Assembly (NCBI RefSeq): GCF_018350175.1
Contig: NC_058383.1
Location: 248,001-312,000, forward strand
Direction: 5' to 3'
Length of the DNA stretch: 64,000 bases
Source: Felis catus
Lineage: Eukaryota
Shown: positions 1 to 9,066 of the stretch, in pieces
Numbering within the stretch: the first letter of the stretch is position 1
How the letters are laid out: every line of letters starts with the position of its first letter
Position numbers and translations under genes: made by a program
Notes under the pieces: generated by a model
Databases searched by the model: none
What the model was told of the DNA's origin: nothing
Seen by the model: the letters and a program-made list of their open reading frames with translations, nothing else

Positions 1-2720
1 AACCCTAACCATAAACATAACCATAACCCTCACCCTACACCTAAACCTATCTATCACACTATAACTAAACCAGACCCACAACCGCTCATGGGCCCTCACA
101 TCAGCCCTCCATGGAATTCACACCACTGATGTCCCTTCAGCACTGGCTACGTCCATGGACCGAACTCTAACCCTAGCTAAGGCTCTCTCCCCATGAGGAC
201 CCAATTCCAAAGTCTGACAACCACACGATCACCGGTTCGAGACTCGGTGCAGAAATACTTGGCATGGAACGTGGAACATCACCAAGTCATTTGCAAAGCA
301 TGACTGCAGCTGCACAAGAGGATTCCTGAGGCCTACCCAAAGGGTAGCTCATATATTTGTCTGGCCTTGGAACCGAAAGACTAACCCAGACCGGCACCCT
401 CCTTCTGTAGTCAACTTAGCCCTTCAAGTAGACAACTGCTCTGCTGTGGGGTCAGTGCCTGGAGCCTCATGGGACCTACCAATAACCCTAACCGTAACCC
501 TAACCATAAACCTCATCCTACACTTAACCCTATCTCTAATCCCAACCATACACTTGAACCGTACCCTCTCATGGGCCCTCAATTCAGCCCTCGAGGGAGA
601 TCACGAAACTGGGGTCGATTTAGCCCTGGCGACGTCCCAGGACCAAACCCTAACCCTAGTATAGGCTCTCTCCCCATGAGGACCCAATTCCAAAGTCTGA
701 CAACGACACGCATATGGGTTCAAGAATCGGTGCAGGAATACTTGGCATGGAACATGGAACATCATCATGTAAGTTGCGAAGCGTGACTGCAGCGGCACGA
801 GAGGATTCCTGAACCTACCTGAAGGGTGGCCCATACATTTGTCTAGCCTAGAAACCCAAAGACTACTCCTGACATGCACCCTCCCTTGGGTGCTCCACTC
901 AGCACTTCATGGAGACAACTGCTCGGCTGTGGGTTCAGTGCCTGGAGACTAGTGGGACCTAACCCTAACCCTAACCTTAACCCTAAAACTTATCCCTCAA
1001 CCTACACCTAACCCTACCTCTAAACCTTAACCAACACATGACCCACACACTGGCATGGCCCCTCAATTGAGCCCATGAGGGAAATCACGAAACTTAAGTC
1101 GCTTCAGCCCTGGCGACATCCGGGAATGAACCCTAACCCTGGCTAAGGCTATCTCCCCATGGGGACCCAATTCCAAAGCCTGACAACAGCACGTACATGG
1201 GTTCGAGAATCAGTGCAGAAATACGTGGCATGGAACGTGGAACACCACCATGTCTCTTTCAAAGTCAACTGCAGCTGCACGAGAGGATTCCTGAGGCCTC
1301 ACCGCAGGGTGGCCCACACTTTTGGCCTAGGAACCCAAAGACTAATTCTGATTGGCACCCTCCCTGGTGGTGGGTGCCTAACCCTAACCCTACTGGGAAC
1401 TAACCCTAACCCTAACCCTCACCCTAGCTATAATTCTTTCCCCATGGGGACCCAGTTCAAACATCTGACAACAGCACACACACAGGTTCAAGAATCGGTG
1501 CAGATATATTCGGCATGGAACTTGGAACATCACCATGTCATTTCTAAAGAATGACTAGAGCTGCACCAGAGGAATGGTGAGGCCTACCCGACCAGTGGCC
1601 CATAGAGTTGTCTGGCCTTGGAACCCAAAGACTAATCAGGGCCGGCACTCACCCGTGTGCCCTCAACTCAGCCCTTCGGGGAGACCACTGCACCGCTGTG
1701 GGTTCATCGCCTGGAGCCTCCTGGGACCTGACCCTAACCATAACCCTACCCCGAACCGTACCCTCCACCGAAACCTAAGCCTGCCTCGATCCCTGACCCT
1801 GGATTTGAGCCGCCTTCTGTCATGGGCCCTCACTTCAGCCCTCGAGGGAGATCACGATACCGGAGTCGCTTCGGCCCTGGCGACATCCCGGCCCGAAACC
1901 CTAACCCTAGCTAAGGCACTCTCCCCATGGGGACCCAATACCAAAATGTGAAAACGCCACGCGCCTAGGGTTCAAAAGCGGTGCAGGCTCACTTGTCATG
2001 GAACCTGGAAGCTGACCATGTCGTTTCCCAGGCCCAGCTTCAGCTGCCCAAGAGGATTCCTGAGGCCTACCCGACCAGGGTTCCATCGACGTGTGTGGCC
2101 TTGGCAGCCAAAGACTGATCCTGACCGGCACCCTCCCGTGTGCCCTCAACTCACCCCTTGGGGGGACCACTGCCCTGCTGTGGGTTCATCGCCTGAAGCC
2201 TCCTGGGACCTAACCCTAACCCTACTGGGAACTAACCCTAACCCTAGCCCTAACAATAACCACAACCCTCATCCAAAACCTAACCCTATCTCGAACCCTA
2301 ACCCTACACTTGACCTGCATGGTAGCATGGACACTCACTTCAGACCTCAAGGGAGATCACGAGAAAGGAGTCGATTCAGCCCAGGCAACATACCTGGAAC
2401 GACAACTAGCCCTATTTAAGACTGTATCCCCATGGGGACCCAATACCAAAGTCGGACAACAACACGCGCCTGGGGTCCAGAAGTGGTGCAGGGTCACTCG
2501 GCATGGAACCTGGAACATCACTATGTCGTTTCCCGGGCCATCCTGCAGGTGCCCGAGAGGATTCCTGGGAGCTACCAGACCAGTGTCCAATATATTTCTC
2601 CTTACTTGCAAACAAAAGACGAATCCTAACCAACACCATCCCATGTAACCTCCACTGAGCCCTTTGGGGAGACAACTACACTACTGTAGATTCAGCACAT
2701 GGAACCTCAGGGGAGGTATC
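1..2720 (+). repeat. FA-SAT (cat major satellite) tandem array, ~483-bp monomers containing TAACCC blocks
   Basis: Anchor CCCATG(A/G)GGACCCA recurs with its ATG at 193, 676, 1159, 1444, 1927 and 2432 (spacings 483, 483, 285, 483, 505). A 483-bp monomer with embedded TAACCC hexamers is the known FA-SAT signature; feline SINEs elsewhere in the window agree. Confidence 0.92.
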
Positions 2721-3443
2721 CCTAACTTTAACTCTAAAGTAATCATATACCCTAAAACCTAAACCATAAAAGTTAACACCAATCCTTAATCCCAAACCCG
2801 AACCATCAACCTAACCTAACACGAACCCTAACACTAACCCCTAATCTTAACCCCTAACACTGACCACGGACCCTAACCCGAAACCCCTGATCCAGAAAAT
2901 CATGTAAACCCTGAACTGAAACCTGTCCCGTACCCCTAACCCTAAATCCTAACCCGAAGCCTAACCCCGAACCTCTAACCGGAACCTTCTAACCCTAATA
3001 CCTATCACTAACCCTAACCCTCTAAGCCTAACACTCTAACCCTAACCCTAACCCTAACCAAAAACCCTAACCTAAACCTAACCTTAAACCCTAACCCTAA
3101 CCCTAACCTAAACCTAAACCCTAACCCTACCCTAAACTCTTACCCTAACCCGAATCCTAAACTGGAACCCGAACCCTAAACCGTAACTCTAAACCCTAAC
3201 CTTAACCCTAACCCTAACACTAAACCCTAACCCTAAACCCTAAACCCGAACCCGATCCCAACCCGAACCCGAACCCCAAACCCAAACCCAAAACCCAAAC
3301 CCCGATCACTGAACCCGAACCCAAACCCCAAACCTTAACACCCTAACACCCTAACACCCTAACCCTGAACCCCAAACCCCGAACCCTAACCGCTCACCCT
3401 AACCCCAACCCCTAATTCCTAAACCCTAAAACCCTAACTCTAA
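2720..3443 (+). repeat. Degenerate telomeric repeat tract (CCCTAA)n with variant repeats
   Basis: Runs of CCCTAA (purest ~3010-3240) mixed with CCCGAA, CCCAAA, CCTAAA and CCCTAACA variants. C-strand on + implies the chromosome end lies to the left. Confidence 0.93.
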
Positions 3444-4580
3444 TCAAAAAAAATCAAAGGTAGAAGTGCATACTTCCCCATTTCAGATCTTCAAAACAAA
3501 GCAACAATAAATAAACAGTGTGATACTGTCATAAAGATATACATACAGATCAGTGGGATTTAAATGAAAACCCAGAAATATACCCTTTCATCAATCATCA
3601 ACCGAATTTTGACAAGGGTGTACAACATGGTGTTGGGGAAACGATGGTCTTTGCAACAAAGGGTGCTAGACAACTGGCTATCCATGCGCAGAGGAATGAA
3701 ATTGGACCCTTACCCTCACATCACATAAAAACATTAACTCAAAGTGGACCAAAAGCTTGAATGTAAGAGGTAAACTTACATAAACTCTGGGAGAAATAAA
3801 TGGAGATATATGTTCATGACCATTGACTTTAACAATGCTCTTAGAGCTGACACCAAAGCACAATCAAGGAAAGAAAAATAGATGAATTTAATTTCCCCAA
3901 AATTAAAAACCTCTGGACAGCAAAAGGTGCTATCCCAAAAGTGAAAAGACAATGTCTAGAATGGAAGACAATACATGCACATTATTTGTCTGGTAAGAGT
4001 CTGTTTTATAGGATACGTAAATAGTTTGTACAACACGTCATCATCAACCACCACAACAAAACACCCAATTTTTAAAATGGACAAAGCACTTGGATACACC
4101 TTTCCCCAGGGAGATCATAGGAATAGTGATTAGACATGGAAAGATGTTAAACATCATTAATCCTTACGGAAATGAAGATTTAAACCACAGTTACTCTTTT
4201 ACACACACTAAAATTGCTATAATCAAGAAAACTACAAAATAACAAATGGTGGCAAAGATGTTGACAAATTGGAACCCTTAAACCGAACTTGTGGAAACGT
4301 AACAGGGTGGAGCCTAAGTGTAAAATAGTTTGGCATTTCCTCAAAAGGATTAAGACGTAGAATTACCACGTGACTCAACAACTCTACCCCTAGATGTGTA
4401 TCCGGATGAATTGAGAACAGTAGTTTGAAAAAAGAGCACGTGCACAAACACACACAGCAGCACTGCTCACAGTAGCTGAATGGTAGAAAGTATGCAAATG
4501 ACCCTTGGGGGTGACGGACAGACAAACTGGGGCAGACCCACGAACAGCAATATTATTCTGTCCTAGAAAGGAATGAAGCA
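3444..4580 (+). mobile_element. Old L1 (LINE-1) relic, 3' part of ORF2 into 3'UTR
   Basis: Degenerate matches to L1 ORF2 motifs (KTVWYWHKDRHIDQW-like at ~3515-3560; TTTGACAAGGG; GCTAGACAACTGG; AACTCAAAGTGGACCAAA; TGACACCAAAGCACAA); many stops and indels. Confidence 0.85.
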
Positions 4581-4639
4581 ACATGGCGCGGCCGCAGAGA
4601 ACAGCACGTGGCTCCTCGGGAAACTAACACAGACTCCAC

Positions 4640-5220
4640 CTCTGCACACACGCCCGGGAACTGAAAGCGAAGCCCTGAGCCGACATTCCTGTTCCGTGTT
4701 CATTGCAGCCTCTTTGTGAAGAGGAAGCAACCCGAGCGCCCGCGGCGGGACGAATAAATAAACACGATGCGGTCTCTACGCGACGGAACAGCCTCGGCCT
4801 CCCCAACGGCGGGAATTCTGACACCTGCCACGACACGGACTGAACCTTGCAGTCGTCGTGCCGAGGGAAATACGCCAGTCACGGGGGGGGGGGGGGGGAA
4901 ATGCTCTCTTCTTCCCAAGTCAACCCATTTTTGCCGGTGGGAACCGGCGGCGTTCTATTTAAGGTAAACGGAACTAATAAGTAAGCGCACCCGCAGGACA
5001 CAAGACCAACACACAGACACCACGTGCACATCGACACACTCCCCACGACCCGTCGGAAAGAGAAGCGAAGAGACGGTCCCATTTACAACCGCATCACAAG
5101 GAACGACTTGCGGCGGGGGCGGGGCCTCCTGGACGTAGAGGCACCGACACTGCGACCAGAGACACGTCCGTCCTGCCCGGAGCGATCTGCAGACCCGGCG
5201 CCATCGCACCGAACTCCCCA
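4640..5220 (+). mobile_element. GC-converted L1 relic inside the CpG island (3'UTR-like 4640-4882; ORF2-like 4970-5220)
   Basis: Translations ELISK (4971), AGHKTNTQTPRAHRHT, ETVPFTTAS and SVLPGAICRPGAIAP (5167) align in order with L1 ORF2 ELISE, AGYKINTQKSVAFLYT, KTIPFTIAS and SILPKAIYRFNAIP. 4690-4882 matches the L1M 3'UTR (TGTTCATTGCAGC...GGAAGCAACCC...AATTCTGACAC...GAACCTTG...GAAATACGCCAGTCAC). Confidence 0.75.
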
Positions 5221-5223
5221 CGA

Positions 5224-5246
5224 CGCCGCCGCCGCCGCCGCCGCCG
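5224..5246 (+). repeat. (GCC)n trinucleotide run
   Basis: About 7 consecutive GCC units read directly. Confidence 0.9.
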
Positions 5247-5526
5247 CAGACGCAGGCGGCAGCGCGAGCACCTGCTCCCGGACCGCGAACCGCGTCGGCG
5301 CGGAGCGGGAACACGCACGCGCGGCCCTGCGGCCCCAGAGCCCGGAGTGGGAAGACCCGACGGCCGCGCGCGGAGCCCCGCAGGGGACACAGAGTCACCG
5401 CGCAAGAGGCCATGCCGGGCCCTTCCCCGCCGCGTCCCCTGCACACCGCCCCCCTCCGCATCCCCGCTGCGAAGCTCCTCCTCCCCCGGCCTCGCTTTCT
5501 CCTCACCTGCTCCTCCCTCCCGCGGT

Positions 5527-5674
5527 GGGCCCTGAGGAGACCGAGTTCTTGCACCTGTGGACGCGGCTCCACCTCCTCCCGAATCCTCCACAGCGGGTCC
5601 TGAGGAGACCGGGTTCTTGTCCCTGTGGACGCGGCTCCACGTCCTCCTGAATCCCCCACAGCGGGTCCTGGGGA
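5527..5674. repeat. 68-bp GC-rich tandem repeat, ~2.2 copies
   Basis: CCTG(A/G)GGA at 5531, 5599 and 5667; units share GAGACCG-GTTCTTG--CCTGTGGACGCGGCTCCAC-TCCTCC-GAATCC-CCACAGCGGGT. Confidence 0.9.
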
Positions 5675-5708
5675 AGCGGAGCTCCCGTCAAGCAGGAGTA
5701 GCGCTGAA

Positions 5709-5720
5709 TGCGCGTGCGCG
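5709..5720. promoter_or_regulatory. NRF1-like motif TGCGCGTGCGCG
   Basis: Close to the NRF1 consensus YGCGCAYGCGCR; motif match only. Confidence 0.4.
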
Positions 5721-5746
5721 CGCCGGCGTCAGGCAGCGGGGCTCGG

Positions 5747-5760
5747 GCGCCCCCTGCAGG
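5747..5760 (-). promoter_or_regulatory. CTCF-like motif (CCTGCAGGGGGCGC on minus)
   Basis: Resembles the CTCF core CCASYAGRKGGCRS; motif match only. Confidence 0.5.
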
Positions 5761-5807
5761 CGGTGGAGGTGTAGTGCGGGACACCCTGAGCTCACAGGTC
5801 CGTGGAG

Positions 5808-5826
5808 GCAGCGCCCCCTCCTGGCC
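5808..5826 (-). promoter_or_regulatory. Strong CTCF-like motif (GGCCAGGAGGGGGCGCTGC on minus)
   Basis: Near-consensus match over the full CTCF core; same orientation as the 5747 motif. Confidence 0.65.
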
Positions 5827-6359
5827 GCCCGCTGAATCCACGACATTTTGGAAATCGAAACTGAAGTGGAGCCCACTATCCCCCCAACTCCGCCAAAAAT
5901 ACTTGCGGAACAATTCATTGGAAACCATATGCAATGAAATGTACACACAAACTTTACAACCTACACCAAAATTCACTGGAAACTGTATTAAAATTTAAAA
6001 CGCAAACACAAGGGGCAACTCTTCCTGCCCACGGGTCCTGTCCTTGTGCTTTCGTGAAATCACCTTTTTGCACCAAAGATGTTTTCAAGAATTGTTTCTG
6101 GGCATGGGCTCCGGATCCCTCGAACCCCACTATCACCCCAAAAACCTCATCGTTTATATGTCACCCATCATGTGGAGCGATGAGTCTTTTCATCTGGACT
6201 CTGAGCTCCTGCAAACTTGATGAGTACTCTTTACTTCCTTTACCCTCATTTCAGGGTCTTTTGAGAAGTATGGTCTTATTGGAACACTCTCATGTCAATC
6301 ACTCAGGCTGTGATCCTCTCGCCGGTGGCTACTCTACTCTATGGGGGAGGAGAAAGCCT

Positions 6360-6900
6360 TTCTGATGGCTGGAAGTTAGTAGTACCCTGGCCAGAATGGT
6401 AGCATCTTTAAGGAACTAAGATTGACTATGAAGCATGATGCCAATAAAGCACCTTGGAAATGTTAGCCTGATACCTTGCTTACAGAGTTCCCAGCCCCCT
6501 TACCAGGTGAATAAAGAATGTCACTTCCTGGCAGGTGCAGGAACCTCAGGATACTTTTGGGACCTCATGAAGAGGAATCTGCCCAAATCTACAAATATTG
6601 AAGGCAAGTCTGACAGCAAGTACTTGGCTTGGCTTCTGGCCTAGAGAGGCTACTAAAATTTCAATCTAGAGGTTCCTTATGAAACGTTCCAGAAAAGCAA
6701 ACTTTAGAAGATCTAATGGTAATCTCTGGTCTTGCTGAGCTTATGTAAATAATTAGGCCAAGTTTGTTAAAAATGGACTTGTTTTACAAACAAGTTAGTT
6801 TTGATTTGGCTTCCTCTGGAAATGAGGGTTTTTAGAGAGAAAAACTATGTTTCAATAATGCACCTTTGTGGATGTTAAATTCTAGTTCTGATAGTCTATA
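6360..6900. mobile_element. ERV1-class internal relic (MER4/MER34-int-like)
   Basis: GCCAATAAAGC...TACAGAGTTCCCAGC...GTCACTTCCTGGCAGGTGCAGGAACCTCAGG...CCCAAATCTACA resembles MER4-group internal sequence; family not verified. Confidence 0.5.
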
Positions 6901-7739
6901 GATGTTGTTTGCCAAAGCTGGATAACTTGAGATAAACTTGAAAATATTTGTCACAATAGCAGAGGTGTGGACAAACTTCTTGCTTGTTATTCTGTGCATA
7001 TAGTAACAGAACCCCATGGACATATGATTGTTTAAACAACTAAAAATGGGATGGACTCCTCCAATAATTGTATATGGAGAGTTTTTCCTCACTGTAGACC
7101 TATCAAAAGATAGACTATAGTGCTTGATTTAATTATTCATTTGAGGCCAGGTTAATTGATACATCCTGAACCAGGAGAAGTGGGATCAGTCCCTGATGCC
7201 TTCTCTGCCCACTTTCCAACCAAGGCCAAGAATCAATACAGGTATCCCACGGAGCCCAGTTCCAGGGCAGCTGCTTTGATGTTAGCTCTGCAAATTATAT
7301 CTGCCCAAGCCAACACTAAGCACCATGTTTACAGGACGTCTTTGCGCCACGTCTTTGCAGCGGTGAGCAGATCGGCACATGGGCCAGCCTTTCTGTAGAT
7401 GGCCCAGCTTATGCACAGACAGGCCAACTTATCCACAACGAGGCCACTTTATCTACATATGGAACAGTCTGCAAATAGAACAGCTGTCTGCATGTGGAAC
7501 ACTACCTAGACACACATGCAGTTTTGGGAGATGGTGTTAGCAACACGGACTCTGCTCCCTGCCCAGGAGGATCCTACAACATGCCTCCCTTTCCCCGAGC
7601 CTCCTGCAGCCTGTCCTTTGGGCTGTTACCTTCAGAGTGTTCTCCCTGGCCACCCCATCACTTGCTGTACTGACCCAATGCTTGGACACCTGTAAGGCAT
7701 CTCCTATTTGTTCCGGGTGGACGGTGTGATATGGGCTTG

Positions 7740-8090
7740 TGTTTAAAGATGGGCAGGGATTTGTTTTAATCAGGTATTGTAAAATGACAGACATGGAGGG
7801 AATTCCTTGAAAGAAGAGTTCATCATTTACAATTCTCACCAAAAAAAAAAGGGGGGGCATGCCCCTTCGCCACACAGGGTCACACAAGGAAGCATGGGTT
7901 GGTCAAGAGTCAGAAAGAGTGGTGGGTGGAGTACGGCCTGGAGCCTTTCTGTGGTTTTCAGGGGAAGGAATGGGTGAGGCGGGGCAGTTCAGGGTTGGGT
8001 AGTTTGAAGAATCTTGGTGGGCTCTGGGCTGTAGGGTGGCTGGTTCTTAGCCAGTACCTGGCCCTGGGTGCTTTAGGGCAGGGAAATATT
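7740..8090 (-). mobile_element. ERVL LTR relic (MER74-like)
   Basis: GAGCCTTT-TGTGGTTT-CAGGGGAAGGAATGGGTGAGGC...TAGTTTGAA-AAT...GGGCTCTGGG...GTACCTGGCCCTGGG resembles a MER74-type LTR. Confidence 0.5.
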
Positions 8091-8835
8091 GGATAAAATG
8101 CAAAAAATAAAACACAAGATTAAAACAGCTTGAAGGAAGCTGGGGATCTGGGGGGAGCAGTCCAGCCCTCACACTGGCCCTTGCCTTCTGCTTCAGTTGT
8201 GAGCATGCAGCCTGCACCCAGGGACATGTCTCTAGATCCCCACGAGCAGAAGCCAGGCAGTGAGTGTCATGTCTCCTGCACCTCAGAAAACGCCATTTGC
8301 CACGTTATCTCAGAGAAGTGGAGCTCACCTTGTCGGGTGGGGACGGCTCTGTTCCTGGGCTCCTTGATGCTAGGGGCACTCAGGCGGGGCGGCCATACCC
8401 CACCCGTCTTTCACCTTCTTATTTTCTGGCCTCCTTCTCTCATTATTTACATGAGAGCATTATGCAAATGTCACGCAAGAATGGAGGTCAACAAATAGTC
8501 TGTTCTCATCCACACAGGTGCGGAATCTAATTTATGGGGTCAGAATCAATCTAGGTTCCTTGTTCTGGCAATGCGAAATGTGTTTGGAGTCCCAAAGGAG
8601 CAGAGCAACTCTGAGATGTCCATGGCAGTTTCCTTGCTCAGAGTAAATGTCTGACCAAACCACCCAGGGCGCTGCCACGGGCTGGCCCACACAGGCACCA
8701 GAGGGCAAGGCAGGCAGGTAGATGGATGCCCTCTATGTCCACTGACCACGAGGAGGGCAATGTCACAAGTGAAGTTACTTTTTAAGGAGGTTGTTGGTTT
8801 TGTTTTCCTTCGAATTATTTTTCTGGGAGACTTTA

Positions 8836-9066
8836 TTTTTTTTTATTTTTTTTTTAATTTTTTTTTTCAACGTTTATTTTTGGGATAGAGAGAGACAGAG
8901 CATGAACGGGGGAGGGGCAGAGAGAGAGGGAGACACAAAATCGGAAACAGGCTCCAGGCTCCGAGCCATCAGCCCAGAGCCTGACACGGGGCTCGAACTC
9001 ACGGACCGCGAGATGGTGACCTGGCTGAAGTCGGACGCTTAACCGACTGCGCCACCCAGGCGCCCC
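8836..9066 (-). mobile_element. CanSINE (SINEC_Fc-type), young
   Basis: Full tRNA-derived body, CT tract and poly(A) on minus; TSD CTGGGA(G/A)ACTTTA at 8823-8835 and 9067-9079. Confidence 0.95.

Larger units (their letters stand above)
4580..5850. promoter_or_regulatory. Subtelomeric CpG island
   Basis: Sharp rise in GC and CpG density relative to the flanks; contains a (GCC)n run, a GGGGCGGGGC GC-box (~5116-5125) and CGCG clusters. Confidence 0.88.

Noticed and set aside
446..2675. ORFs with NP/LT repeats
   Set aside because: Translations of FA-SAT satellite TAACCC blocks.
4955..5659. Long overlapping ORFs (234 aa minus, 208 aa plus) with poly-Ala/Gly/Arg
   Set aside because: Stop-poor CpG island with (GCC)n and 68-bp repeats; the underlying sequence is an L1 relic; no recognisable domain.
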